This document shows, in pieces, positions 1-9,519 of a stretch of 53,348 nt of DNA. The notes under the pieces are model-generated. The model saw only the letters and a program-made list of their open reading frames with translations. It did no database searches and had not been told where the DNA came from. Every line of letters begins with the position of its first letter. Position 1 is the first letter of the stretch. The stretch spans positions 1 through 53,348 of IMG/VR virus record IMGVR_UViG_3300029787_000068. One strand, given 5' to 3'. The stretch is from a virus (lineage: Duplodnaviria; Caudoviricetes). The translations under genes were made by a program, and so were the position numbers.

Positions 1-122
1 GCTGCACCTGCCGCAGTCGTCTGCCCAGAAAACCGCTTGACCGCAGCACCCGCTTTCTGAAGGTTCGCAATCAAACGACCTACATTCGCGGACACTCTTA
101 GTACAAGATCGTTCGCTGCCAT
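1..122 (-). CDS. Tape measure protein, N-terminal fragment (runs off window)
   Basis: ATG at 122, open to the window edge: MAANDLVLRVSANVGRLIANLQKAGAAVKRF...; directly follows the tail chaperone pair; Ala-rich helical start. Not in the ORF track. Confidence 0.7.
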   Translation of the reverse strand, partial: MAANDLVLRVSANVGRLIANLQKAGAAVKRFSGQTTAAGA

Positions 123-131
123 CCTTGACCT

Positions 132-503
132 TTATTTCGGTTTTTCGACATGAACAAATCCATCAGGTGTTCCTAATGATGGACTTGATCTTCCTTGTCT
201 TTGGTTGTCTTCTCTCGGTCGCAAGTTAGACAGAAAAGACTTGATATCTTTTTGCTGTCCGTGGTTTGCAACCCTGTGCATCCCTAACTCTAAATTGACA
301 GTGGTGTATAGTCTTTCGTGTTGCTCCTTTACTAGTTCCTGAATTTGGTACAAAGTAAGTGTCAAGACCTTTTGGGGAGTCCATCCGTACTCGCTTCCAA
401 ATCTGTCGAAGATTTTGATGAGGAAGCTTCCACCGGCGTCAGCAGGCTGTCCATTGCGCCTTTCGGAATCAGTTGAAAAAAAAGCTGGCGCAATTCCTCC
501 CAA
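132..503 (-). CDS. Tail assembly chaperone, frameshift extension (lambda gpT-like)
   Basis: In the -1 frame relative to 362..856 and overlapping a T8 slippery run; YGWTPQKVLTLTLYQ resembles chaperone C-terminal parts; immediately upstream of the tape measure. Confidence 0.65.
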   Translation of the reverse strand: MGGIAPAFFSTDSERRNGQPADAGGSFLIKIFDRFGSEYGWTPQKVLTLTLYQIQELVKEQHERLYTTVNLELGMHRVANHGQQKDIKSFLSNLRPREDNQRQGRSSPSLGTPDGFVHVEKPK

Positions 504-856
504 TCGTTGACTGTCTTAAAAGCAATCGCCCACTTTAGCCAATCCGAAGCACCCATGTCTGAAAAATCATCGGGCGTCTTGCGAGTGCTACCCGCTGCTA
601 CTTGCTTCAGGGCATGTAGCATAATTGGATTACCTAAGAGAATAGCCAAAGCACCCAGTCCGTCCTCGTCGGAGAGTGTACTGCTTTGTTCCTGAAAGAC
701 GATGAGAAGATCCTTGAGTTCTTTACTAAGTCCAAGAATATCTTCTAGACTTAACTCGTAAACTTTTACTTCATCGGGATGGAACTTTTTGAGGGCGAGC
801 GATATTCCTATGTTTGCCGCCCGTGATGTTTGGTCGATCATTTCGGTTTCGGTCAC
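362..856 (-). CDS. Tail assembly chaperone (lambda gpG-like)
   Basis: Between tail tube and tape measure; 164 aa acidic helical protein containing a slippery site. Confidence 0.65.
   Translation of the reverse strand: MTETEMIDQTSRAANIGISLALKKFHPDEVKVYELSLEDILGLSKELKDLLIVFQEQSSTLSDEDGLGALAILLGNPIMLHALKQVAAGSTRKTPDDFSDMGASDWLKWAIAFKTVNDWEELRQLFFQLIPKGAMDSLLTPVEASSSKSSTDLEASTDGLPKRS
476..483 (-). other. Programmed -1 ribosomal frameshift site
   Basis: Minus strand CGC CAG CTT TTT TTT CAA contains an X XXY YYZ heptamer (T TTT TTT); a -1 slip enters the 132..503 frame. Confidence 0.6.
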
Positions 857-1185
857 TTTTTCTTTCCTTTAGCTCGAAGGCTGTCATGTAACATGTCACG
901 CAGAGTCTCCTGCTGCTGACAATACTTCTTCGGTTCTACACTTGTATCACCGTTTGCGTAGTCAATTATCAACTTCGCAAGATCCCTCTCGTCCAGCGGA
1001 AGAGTGAACACAAAGAATATAGTGGTTCCACGTCCCGTCTTACCTTCCAAACGATCTAGCTTGGCACCATCCTGGCACCATATGAACGCCGCTTGGTCTA
1101 TATCTTTGGTCCGAAACTGAGAAGTTCCCTCAGTTATTTCGTCAACTAAATTCGCAGGGTCTGCGATATCTTGCGTCTTATCCAT
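853..1185 (-). CDS. Hypothetical protein, DUF5659-like
   Basis: FRTKDIDQAAFI...IFFVF pattern recalled from DUF5659 phage proteins; stop overlaps the next start. Confidence 0.45.
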   Translation of the reverse strand: MDKTQDIADPANLVDEITEGTSQFRTKDIDQAAFIWCQDGAKLDRLEGKTGRGTTIFFVFTLPLDERDLAKLIIDYANGDTSVEPKKYCQQQETLRDMLHDSLRAKGKKK

Positions 1186-1214
1186 ACTCTCTCAACCTTC
1201 CGTGTTGGGTTGGA

Positions 1215-1607
1215 TTACGTCACGTCTGCATACGGGATGTCAATCGCCGTACCACTGGTGTACGTTCCACTGACGGTTACGCCAGAGGTGCTGTTCAAGG
1301 TCACTTCGGCTTTCTTACCGGAGTAAGTGAACGTGAACTTGCTGAATCCACCACCCACGGGAGCGGCTCCACCAGCACTGTACTCGTCCGAACCTTTGAC
1401 ATCGGCATCAGCAACTTTGCCAGCAACCGAATCAAGCGCGGAACGATTTGCGGCAACCCATGTATCAATGGCTTTGCCCAGCACCGAACGAAGCAGTTTG
1501 GTGGTTGAGAGATGATTGCTGTCGTCAGTGACAACAAATCGAACAACAGTCGTACCAGGATTTGAGTAAGTTACAGTGAACTTACCAATGGGATATGTGT
1601 TACCCAT
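1215..1607 (-). CDS. Hypothetical virion-associated protein
   Basis: AGGAG RBS; Thr/Ser/Gly-rich beta-type composition; within the tail module. Confidence 0.55.
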   Translation of the reverse strand: MGNTYPIGKFTVTYSNPGTTVVRFVVTDDSNHLSTTKLLRSVLGKAIDTWVAANRSALDSVAGKVADADVKGSDEYSAGGAAPVGGGFSKFTFTYSGKKAEVTLNSTSGVTVSGTYTSGTAIDIPYADVT

Positions 1608-1655
1608 AACGAAAATCTCCTAAAAAAAAATTTACGTGCAGACATCTGCACCTGT

Positions 1656-1919
1656 TTACAATGCCCCTTCGCGGAGCAAACGCAGCGTGTCATGGCGAAT
1701 CCGCTTCCTCGATACCCACACAGGCACCTTGGGAGCAGCACTACTGAAAGTGTTCGCCACATTATCGTGGACCGTTTGAAAGTTGTTCACAGCCGTACCC
1801 GTCTTGTTACACGACTGACGACGAGGCAATGCACGAAACGTGGCAACCTCTGCCGCAGTGTTAATACTAAGAGAGTTCAACTCTGTGTCGATCTTCGATC
1901 CATAATAGGAACTAGCCAT
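1656..1919 (-). CDS. Hypothetical protein
   Basis: GGTGG RBS; co-oriented, directly after the tail tube gene. Confidence 0.55.
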   Translation of the reverse strand: MASSYYGSKIDTELNSLSINTAAEVATFRALPRRQSCNKTGTAVNNFQTVHDNVANTFSSAAPKVPVWVSRKRIRHDTLRLLREGAL

Positions 1920-1935
1920 CGACCACCCACCTTTC

Positions 1936-2445
1936 TTACGAGTCTACGATAGTACCAAAACGACCATTCTGACCAGCAACCTGGGTCTTCAGACACTCGA
2001 ACTCCACCTCGAAGGCAGTCTCTTCTTCACGGGTCATGTTGTACTCTTTTTCGTTAAGAGTCGTGACTCGCTCAAAAGTAAATGTTCGCGTTCCGCAACC
2101 AGGGCCAACGCCCGTCAGAACCATCTTGAACTCTTCGGTCCAACACGCATTGTTGTACCCAAGATACAGAGTGCTTGTGCCACTGCTATAGTTAGCAGCG
2201 GGCAACATAAACGCACGACGAAGTTGAACGAGGGTGACTTCCAGCATTGTCGTAGTCACGAACATCCGTTCTGATGTTCGAGCTTTCCGAACAACACCGA
2301 CAGCTTGATCAGCGTACACTTCTCGAACTTCCGGCTCGTATCGAACCGTAGTTCCACCAATTGTGTACCCGATGTCCACTGCACCACCACCGCCATCGAG
2401 AGAGATCGACGCCGATCCCACGATGATATTTGATGCATTTGGCAT
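1936..2445 (-). CDS. Major tail (tube) protein
   Basis: NIIVGSASI...DIGYTIGG...TTMLEVT...FEVEFECL siphovirus tube pattern; GGAG RBS; synteny. Confidence 0.75.
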   Translation of the reverse strand: MPNASNIIVGSASISLDGGGGAVDIGYTIGGTTVRYEPEVREVYADQAVGVVRKARTSERMFVTTTMLEVTLVQLRRAFMLPAANYSSGTSTLYLGYNNACWTEEFKMVLTGVGPGCGTRTFTFERVTTLNEKEYNMTREEETAFEVEFECLKTQVAGQNGRFGTIVDS

Positions 2446-2472
2446 TTTCAGGGTCTCCTAGAACTTTGGAAA

Positions 2473-2952
2473 TTACAACGCACAAGGTTGAGTTGACCAG
2501 ATACAGTCTGCCTCAACCACGATCTTCCATACTTCTGTTTTTCCATCAAAATCCGGTGCATTCCGTTCTCGGAGTCTATGGTCTAAGACTCTCACTTCTC
2601 CATGACTCGACCCTGAAAAATCGTAATAAGAATGAGCGGCCCCATCCTGATTATCCAGCAATTGCTCGATTCTATCTGCTACGTCAAAAGCGGTCAATTC
2701 ATTTCTGCTAATGGCACAGTAATGGATCCTTGCCTTTTGCAGCTGAGTAACCACGTTGTTTAAAGGTATTGAATTTGTAATCTCTACACCTAGATACGGA
2801 GTATGATCCTTTCGGGGTTGCATATATCTCCCAATTCGGATCCTATCATCTCTATGGTTGGTCAGCGTAATCAAGCTATCTGACGACCCGCTATCGGTCC
2901 GCAACTTGTCGATCAGCTGCTTCAACAGCTGCTTGTTCTTTGGCATTGCCAT
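2473..2952 (-). CDS. Tail terminator/completion protein
   Basis: Size, position before the tube gene, and P-Y / ADRIEQLL pattern. Confidence 0.55.
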   Translation of the reverse strand: MAMPKNKQLLKQLIDKLRTDSGSSDSLITLTNHRDDRIRIGRYMQPRKDHTPYLGVEITNSIPLNNVVTQLQKARIHYCAISRNELTAFDVADRIEQLLDNQDGAAHSYYDFSGSSHGEVRVLDHRLRERNAPDFDGKTEVWKIVVEADCIWSTQPCAL

Positions 2953-3500
2953 TACAGACCACCCCCCAGCATCTTGCGGTAGTGAAAAAATAAATGACGC
3001 ATAATCCTGCCCCGTGAACGCACTAAAAACTCCGGTCCGGCTGCGGCCAGTGCGGGCTTCATAAACGGGTGAGCTTTTACACCCTCCGTTTCAATTGTTT
3101 TAATTATGGCATGAGCAACTCGAACAGCGTCTGATCCGCTCAGTCCGTTCTTCTTAGATGCGTAGTCAATAATTTGACGCTTCTCTTGCTCGGATACAGC
3201 CCTCGGTTTGCCGCCCTCCTCGACCTCTTTCGCATACGCAACTCCCATCGCTCCGACGACGACACCTGGAACAGGGCCGGTCAGATCCTCTGTCTTAATA
3301 CGCTGGAACAATGCTCCTCGGAAGATCGACCCGTTATCTCGCAACTTAGTTCTGATCGCCGGAAGTAGCACTTGAATTGCAGTGGTGTGCAGAGACGCTC
3401 GGACAATCATATTTGACTCCCGTCCTAGCTGGGCGTACACCTCACCCGATCTTAGCTTCGTCGGTCCGGTCAATTTAAAGAGTAGAGTAGGTTGTGCCAT
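2952..3500 (-). CDS. HK97 gp10-like neck protein
   Basis: G.L...I, YAKEVEEG and AHPFMKPA motifs; synteny. Confidence 0.7.
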   Translation of the reverse strand: MAQPTLLFKLTGPTKLRSGEVYAQLGRESNMIVRASLHTTAIQVLLPAIRTKLRDNGSIFRGALFQRIKTEDLTGPVPGVVVGAMGVAYAKEVEEGGKPRAVSEQEKRQIIDYASKKNGLSGSDAVRVAHAIIKTIETEGVKAHPFMKPALAAAGPEFLVRSRGRIMRHLFFHYRKMLGGGL

Positions 3501-4231
3501 TACATCTCCAAGTCGTCGTCGACTTCTTCCTCTTCCATCATAAGGGCGGTATGGTGCATTGCTCCATGGATATCCACTGTATGGCGAACATGCTGAATCC
3601 GATACTCTTTAGTTGCCCCTGATTGATCAACGACTGAAAACGGATAGGTAGTTCCTCCTCCTGTGTGAAACGCAATCGTCGTCCAGTCCAGATTGAAAAT
3701 GTTCCAATGCTGCTCATACCCTTCAAACGTATGATTAACCGGAGCGACAGTATCTTTAAATTGCCAAGCGGAACCCGTCCACATAACGTGATAGTTTTTT
3801 GCTGGGTCGCCAGTGACGGAATGCTTGTTTGAATAGTACCCTGTTCCACCGAAGTCGTCGGTGTCCGCAGGAAACCAATACATAGTCTTGTTTCCATACG
3901 GTGTGGTGATCTCCACCTGTGGCGGCAATACCCCATCAATACCTCCGGCAACTTCGACATTAGGATAAGTCCCCCAGGGTACAGACACAAAATCATTTTT
4001 TTGAACTGCCCTGGATAACTCAAGAACTACTTTCCAGTGGGTGCCGCTGGCGACACCGTACACATCCTGTTCATCTTTGTCGTTCATGACCGTGATACGA
4101 CATCGACGATTGGAATAAATTGGAACCGTAGACGTTAAAGTAATACCACCGAAACCATCTACCTTTTCAATCTTGCGGATGATGTTTACTTCTTGACCTA
4201 ATCCGTAAAGTGGAAGTGTAGAGTTTTTCAT
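3500..4231 (-). CDS. Head closure/stopper protein with inserted domain
   Basis: N-terminal IIRK...DGFGG and C-terminal YRIQHV...HH typical of head-closure proteins; ~120 aa aromatic-rich insert. Confidence 0.55.
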   Translation of the reverse strand: MKNSTLPLYGLGQEVNIIRKIEKVDGFGGITLTSTVPIYSNRRCRITVMNDKDEQDVYGVASGTHWKVVLELSRAVQKNDFVSVPWGTYPNVEVAGGIDGVLPPQVEITTPYGNKTMYWFPADTDDFGGTGYYSNKHSVTGDPAKNYHVMWTGSAWQFKDTVAPVNHTFEGYEQHWNIFNLDWTTIAFHTGGGTTYPFSVVDQSGATKEYRIQHVRHTVDIHGAMHHTALMMEEEEVDDDLEM

Positions 4232-4935
4232 CCTTCGTACTTGTCCTCGTAATCTTCACGTTCCGTCGATGAAGTAAGAAACAGATCGACATCGTTGTAG
4301 TGTCTCATCAACATTCGATCAATCTCTACAAAACCTGTATTGTGTCCCCCAACCACGTTGCCGCCAGTTTTGAAAGTAATCTGAAAGTCATTCCAACCTG
4401 TCTGCATTATGTTGCTTGGAGTTTGCTGAGTGGACCCAGGCTTCAAGCTTTCCAACGTCAGCAGGATTGTGGCTCTCTTGATGTCGGCGGGGGTTGTCGC
4501 GTGTCCCCAGCTAGCAACTATCTGAATGTTGTTTTGACCCTTGGGCCAGACCCCGCCCGATCCAAACCTTCGACGAGGAGAATCCCCAGAGAACGATCTC
4601 GAAGTTTCTAGATAAAACGGATAAGCTTTGTAGTCGTCATTCGCTACAAAAGTATCCAGAACAGTACTGCCATCAAGATCCAATTCTTTGACTGACGTGA
4701 CTGATATGAGTCGAGTTTTTGTTTTTGGAAAGAAGAATATTTTTGTTCTTCCGTTCCCGTTAAAGTACAGCGTCTCTGTTTTGGCATGAAATATGTCCTC
4801 GCAGATCCCTTCAATTATTTCTTCAACAATTGCAATCTCGGCTGTAATTTCTGAACTAGTAAACTGAGAAAGATCTATGGTCTTCCCGTTTATCTTGTGA
4901 CCCGTGACATCGGCATTGACAGCGTAGTTCCCCAT
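4228..4935 (-). CDS. Head-tail adaptor/connector protein
   Basis: YAVNADV start; WPKGQNNIQI..SWG..TPADIKRA motif; synteny. Confidence 0.7.
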   Translation of the reverse strand: MGNYAVNADVTGHKINGKTIDLSQFTSSEITAEIAIVEEIIEGICEDIFHAKTETLYFNGNGRTKIFFFPKTKTRLISVTSVKELDLDGSTVLDTFVANDDYKAYPFYLETSRSFSGDSPRRRFGSGGVWPKGQNNIQIVASWGHATTPADIKRATILLTLESLKPGSTQQTPSNIMQTGWNDFQITFKTGGNVVGGHNTGFVEIDRMLMRHYNDVDLFLTSSTEREDYEDKYEG

Positions 4936-5621
4936 TATCTCTCTCCTCGATAAACTTCAGCGATGTGGCCGGTGGACTTTGGAGATACATCCGCAGTAAC
5001 TCCCTCAATAGCTGCCAACAGAGTGAGTATCGACTGGTCAAAGCAATGAGCTTTGATTTCGGGACACGGACCGATTGGCAAAAGGGCATCGGGATTACAA
5101 CACCATTCTAACCACTTAGTTACAAAATCTATTGACTGACTTCCTGCTCTCCATAAGTGATAACCCGCTAACAACATGGTAAGTCTGTAATACTCCTCGG
5201 TCTCTACTCCCATCGCTTGAAACGTACACGGATAGGTGCAATTCCAAGCTTGGTCCCCCCATTCGTGAAACAAAAATACGTCTCGGTCTTTACCTTGACG
5301 AGCGTCAAACTTTTGAAAAATTTGCAGGGGGGACTTATCGAATCGATGATCTGCATCCACATAGAAGATGATGTCTCCCTCGGATGCGACATTTTCCAAA
5401 ACGTGCTTGATCAGGTACGGCTTCCATAGCCACAACCCTGCACCGTTTTGGTATTCAAGAATGTTGGAGTTCGCGGACCGAAATTCATCGCTGATAACAG
5501 TCTCGTCAAACGTCAAGATGTGATCAAACCCTCCGACCTCTTGAGCAGTCTCTACTTGGATCTGCTGCCGTTGAATATACTTTTCGGCACCGGATGCATA
5601 GTTAATCAAATAGGTTGACAT
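4935..5621 (-). CDS. GT-A fold glycosyltransferase-like protein
   Basis: GAGLWLWKPYLI, DxD (YVDAD) and H..DQSIL motifs. Confidence 0.65.
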   Translation of the reverse strand: MSTYLINYASGAEKYIQRQQIQVETAQEVGGFDHILTFDETVISDEFRSANSNILEYQNGAGLWLWKPYLIKHVLENVASEGDIIFYVDADHRFDKSPLQIFQKFDARQGKDRDVFLFHEWGDQAWNCTYPCTFQAMGVETEEYYRLTMLLAGYHLWRAGSQSIDFVTKWLEWCCNPDALLPIGPCPEIKAHCFDQSILTLLAAIEGVTADVSPKSTGHIAEVYRGER

Positions 5622-6247
5622 CTGTCTTGTATCCTCTCAAACCAATCGTGTTTGTCGAACTGAACCCCGCCCGCACAATGTGCAATCACCGTATGATCTG
5701 GAGAAGGAGCAGGTCGAAGAGTTTCATATCCTATGTAGTTGTATTTGTCGGGCAGGAGTGCAACTGGAACATCTAAGTTATGCACCGCTTGGTTGAAATA
5801 AGACTGCTCATACACAAAAGTAGATTGATAGGGTGAATCGGAAACTAGTCGTCTTGCTTCTTTAAATACCTTCTCATGATGTGTACGGTTAAGAATCATG
5901 ATCCCAGTGTTGAAGTATCTTCCAGGTTTAATGCCAGGGCAGTTGACTAAGTGTTCCGCAAAGTACACCTCTGATAAAATATCAGACACTGCAATGATTG
6001 AAGGAAGATTCTTGTAAACTGATACGTCCCACTTCCGAAGCATCACAATGTCCGCATCAAAGAAGAAGACATTCTCTGCGTCCGTGTGATCCCAGATGTC
6101 CAACTTCAAAAAAGGTGCGGATGCCGGAACCACTGTGTTGTTTTTAATACATATCGAGTCGAGTCCTGTATATTTTTTAACATTGTCCATTGCTCTCCGT
6201 GCGAATTCTTCGTACTTACTTCCTGCGCCAACTGTTACTCCTATCAT
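5606..6247 (-). CDS. Glycosyltransferase, GT8-like
   Basis: FFDAD, YFNTGIMILN, EQSYFN, L..KYN and HCAG motifs. Confidence 0.75.
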   Translation of the reverse strand: MIGVTVGAGSKYEEFARRAMDNVKKYTGLDSICIKNNTVVPASAPFLKLDIWDHTDAENVFFFDADIVMLRKWDVSVYKNLPSIIAVSDILSEVYFAEHLVNCPGIKPGRYFNTGIMILNRTHHEKVFKEARRLVSDSPYQSTFVYEQSYFNQAVHNLDVPVALLPDKYNYIGYETLRPAPSPDHTVIAHCAGGVQFDKHDWFERIQDRCQPI

Positions 6248-7327
6248 TTAGTCTCCCAGTAAACCGCTCGCGTCTGCTAATCGACGAGCAGATTGTCTTG
6301 TTTGAAACACATCTGGTTGGGGAACAAACTCAAAAGCTCCGCAGTCAAAAGCTTCTTTCCTTCTTTGCTTCCTCAAATCGTAGTCAAATCCGAATGCTGG
6401 TTCCCCATCCGTCAAATGCCCTGCGTTAATAGCCTCAGATCCTTGTTTCAAAGTTAAAATATTAGAGGAAGCGTTTGTAAACAAATCGCTCGCGGATCTG
6501 TTTGCATAACTGCCCCCTGAAACACTAACAGGAAACTCTGATGTACTCGTATCACTTGCAAAGTTACCGTAATGTCCCTCGGTTATATTACTTGCATGAG
6601 CGGTTCGACTAGACGCCGAACTAAGTTCGTCATAGTCATCGGTACAATCCATAACTATGTTGTTGCTGATTCTAAAATTAATCGTAGGAGTGGAGGTGCT
6701 GCCCGCAAAAGTCCACGCAATACCGTCCCCACTCGAATCTTTCACAGTGTTGTTATACACCTCCCAAAATCGTCTAGTGATGCTGCCCGCACTTGCGCCC
6801 AGGACGATACCAATCCCCTGCCCACAATTTCTCACAATGTTGTTAAATACTTTACAACCAAAATTTCTTGCAAAGTTAAAAGAAGTCGCTAACCCCAGGC
6901 CGCAAGTAGCTTGTGTTCCAGCAGCCGGACCCACTACCAAACAACTTTCTGTAGTTCCTAAAACAGTACCAACACCCACTATTCCAAAAGTATTTGCACC
7001 CGCATCAACTGCGATTCCATCGATGTGCCAGTAATCGATATCACCACTGATCAATATACCGGCAGCAAACGCAGAAGATACAGCCGCATACGCTCCGGTA
7101 TTTGGAGTGACCCCGTCATGCCTATTGTTAGGGGCAGCGTAAATCTTCAGGGGTTCTGCTTCTGTAGTAGTAAACGATCCAGAAGTTGTGATGGACAACG
7201 GCCCAAGATCAGACCCTGAGTAACACATTGCTTGGGGGACATCGGTTCCTGACGACTTTGCCGCCCACCACGCTGCTAGAGTTGAATAGTCTTTTCCTGG
7301 GCCGACCGTGCTTGTAACAATTGCCAT
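6248..7327 (-). CDS. Parallel beta-helix protein with choice-of-anchor-Q-like C-terminus (possible virion fibre/decoration)
   Basis: Repeated VFNNIV / VYNNTV / ISNNIV; C-terminal LTLKQGSEAINAG...DL....R...DCGAFEF. Confidence 0.6.
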   Translation of the reverse strand: MAIVTSTVGPGKDYSTLAAWWAAKSSGTDVPQAMCYSGSDLGPLSITTSGSFTTTEAEPLKIYAAPNNRHDGVTPNTGAYAAVSSAFAAGILISGDIDYWHIDGIAVDAGANTFGIVGVGTVLGTTESCLVVGPAAGTQATCGLGLATSFNFARNFGCKVFNNIVRNCGQGIGIVLGASAGSITRRFWEVYNNTVKDSSGDGIAWTFAGSTSTPTINFRISNNIVMDCTDDYDELSSASSRTAHASNITEGHYGNFASDTSTSEFPVSVSGGSYANRSASDLFTNASSNILTLKQGSEAINAGHLTDGEPAFGFDYDLRKQRRKEAFDCGAFEFVPQPDVFQTRQSARRLADASGLLGD

Positions 7328-7708
7328 CTATCGATCCTTCAGTGAGCATTCGCTTTGGGTGAGCTTATTTACAGGAGTAGTCCGATCTCTAACTGTGATC
7401 TGCCGATCTTCGTGCAGACTTGAAATGTCAACGTGCTTGGTAGACACGGCTTTGACTACGGGTTCAGCATTGTTTGGAATTATTTCATAGTCTGCATACG
7501 GATAACTTAGTACTGGATGAACGATCCCATTAGCTTGTTTTTGCAAAAGCTTCGCTTCTATCTCGGGATCTTCTACTTCACAGACGGCATGCACACGCTT
7601 ATCTTCTACCCCCCACGGATGGTCCGGTAACGCAACAACAATCACATCACCGTCGAGGTAAATACCTTCGGATTCGTTTAAAGTACAGAATCGTAATGCT
7701 TCGATCAT
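7328..7708 (-). CDS. Hypothetical protein
   Basis: Abuts both neighbours; GGAGG RBS. Confidence 0.6.
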   Translation of the reverse strand: MIEALRFCTLNESEGIYLDGDVIVVALPDHPWGVEDKRVHAVCEVEDPEIEAKLLQKQANGIVHPVLSYPYADYEIIPNNAEPVVKAVSTKHVDISSLHEDRQITVRDRTTPVNKLTQSECSLKDR

Positions 7709-7996
7709 CTAACCCTCCGACCAAGTAATACCAACAACTCCGTAAATTACAGCAGCGGTGCCAGAATCGCCTTTAACAAATACCTCTTTGATTCCCATGT
7801 GATTCAAACGGAACACGTACTCTGTCCCTGGTTGAACAGTAAAAAACTCGCCAGAGTCGTGAAGACCTGGGATGTTTACAAGAGCATCGAAAGAGGAAGC
7901 GGCGGTAACAATGACTATGAAAGAAGTGCAACCGTTTGCATCCTCATAAACATTTTTACCTGTTGATGTGATATTTTCAGATCCAGCGGTCGCCAT
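7709..7996 (-). CDS. Hypothetical small beta-rich virion protein
   Basis: Abutting operon gene; GGAG RBS. Confidence 0.55.
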   Translation of the reverse strand: MATAGSENITSTGKNVYEDANGCTSFIVIVTAASSFDALVNIPGLHDSGEFFTVQPGTEYVFRLNHMGIKEVFVKGDSGTAAVIYGVVGITWSEG

Positions 7997-7997
7997 G

Positions 7998-8261
7998 TTA
8001 TTTATCTCCGTCTGATTTTTTTAGTTGATTAACAATCCATTTAACATCGTTCGAGATCTTTATCAAAAGATTCTCGTTATCGTTCACATCGGTCTCTACC
8101 TCTTTGACTGTTGTATTTAAGTCTTGAAGGTCATCTTCGTGTTTATCGAGTCGGTGCTGACTTATCCCATACGTTGCACTGATCGACGCCAAGACAATCA
8201 ACACAGTAAAAATAAATGCACATAGCTCGGGAGTAAAAAATTTCCATTCTTTAGCAGCCAT
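7998..8261 (-). CDS. Single-TM plus coiled-coil protein (holin/XhlA-like architecture)
   Basis: Hydrophobic segment LCAFIFTVLIVLASISATYGI followed by heptad repeats. Confidence 0.5.
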   Translation of the reverse strand: MAAKEWKFFTPELCAFIFTVLIVLASISATYGISQHRLDKHEDDLQDLNTTVKEVETDVNDNENLLIKISNDVKWIVNQLKKSDGDK

Positions 8262-8264
8262 GTC

Positions 8265-9446
8265 TCAATCCTTGTTTAGAACTTCCCGTATAGCCCTGCG
8301 AACATTCTCAGGGTGAACAATTGCCACCTGCACAGAAACCCCCGACTTTGCGATTAGGGTCGCTACCCAATCTTCATCACTTACAGTAATACCTACATCA
8401 AACGCCTCTCCATTATTTGGAAGCTCGTCAACTATCTCTACGTCATAGTGCTGGGCTAAAAAACTAGCTAATTCATCGGTGGCTACCGTATGACCCACTA
8501 TGCCGATAGTCAAACGAGTTGCGGGCTTTGTGTCTCTTTGCATGATTTCCTTTTCGATTATATCCAAACCACAAGCAGAAAGAACATCATTCGTTGTCAA
8601 GAAATTTGAACAATGTTGTGCAACAGGGTCGTCCGAATCTAAAGAACGAGTGGGAACAAGCCCAAGCTTGTCAAAACAATCGACTCCCTTGAGATCTGGA
8701 TACCGTATGATGACATCTTTTTCATGCGTAGCAAAAAATAAAATGCACCCTGGAATGTTCAAAATGCCTGCAATGTGTGCGAATCCCGAATCGTTCCCAA
8801 TTAAAAATGATCCGTGTTCGGCAAGGTGCTTGACCTGCCAAACAAAATCCTCATTCACATCACTCAACTTAGTGATGCCTGTGTCGTTGAATCCAAACTC
8901 ATCTTTCGTACCTAGCCAAAACACATGAATCTTTCGATCCCTAATCTCATAAGCTAGTTCTTTCCAGCTGCTGTCTTTCCATCGACGATTCGGATTACTA
9001 GCACCTGGATGAAGATAAATCGCGGACTGACCTTCGTACCTTGGAATAGGATTTCGATAAATGTTTGCAAAATTACCAAGTCCAATGGGAAAGCCAAACC
9101 ACTTCTCAACAAGATCGTAGTACGACCCATCTCGAATGTGGGCTTGAGTAGCTACGACTCCGGCAAAGTCTAGAAGAACATCAAAATTCTTCCTGTAAAG
9201 ATCAGCGTCTCTGCACGAGATAACGTGATCCACCCCTTCAAGCTCTTGGATTAGAGAGATCTGATGAGGTTTGACCGCGATAGTGACTTCGCAATCTACA
9301 GACTTTAAAGTCTTCAGACCGGCTGAAACAATTATGACATCGCCCAGTCCGGTATCACACAACAAACATATCTTCATCCCCTCCCAGTTACTCGGAAGAG
9401 AGTACACAGGCTCATGTCGTTCGTTGATGTTTTCAAATCCGTCCAT
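8265..9446 (-). CDS. Glycosyltransferase family 9 (heptosyltransferase-like)
   Basis: GLGDVI, HPGAS...RRW and IGNDSGFAHIA motifs. Confidence 0.85.
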   Translation of the reverse strand: MDGFENINERHEPVYSLPSNWEGMKICLLCDTGLGDVIIVSAGLKTLKSVDCEVTIAVKPHQISLIQELEGVDHVISCRDADLYRKNFDVLLDFAGVVATQAHIRDGSYYDLVEKWFGFPIGLGNFANIYRNPIPRYEGQSAIYLHPGASNPNRRWKDSSWKELAYEIRDRKIHVFWLGTKDEFGFNDTGITKLSDVNEDFVWQVKHLAEHGSFLIGNDSGFAHIAGILNIPGCILFFATHEKDVIIRYPDLKGVDCFDKLGLVPTRSLDSDDPVAQHCSNFLTTNDVLSACGLDIIEKEIMQRDTKPATRLTIGIVGHTVATDELASFLAQHYDVEIVDELPNNGEAFDVGITVSDEDWVATLIAKSGVSVQVAIVHPENVRRAIREVLNKD

Positions 9447-9448
9447 AA

Positions 9449-9484
9449 TAAAAAAGGACCGGACGGGCGAAATGCCCGCCCAGC
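9449..9484 (-). terminator. Intrinsic terminator after the capsid gene
   Basis: Minus strand CTGGGCGGGC-ATTTC-GCCCGTCCGG followed by TCCTTTTTT. Confidence 0.6.
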
Positions 9485-9519
9485 CCTTGTATCTTTAGCG
9501 AACGCGATACTTGCTGGAA

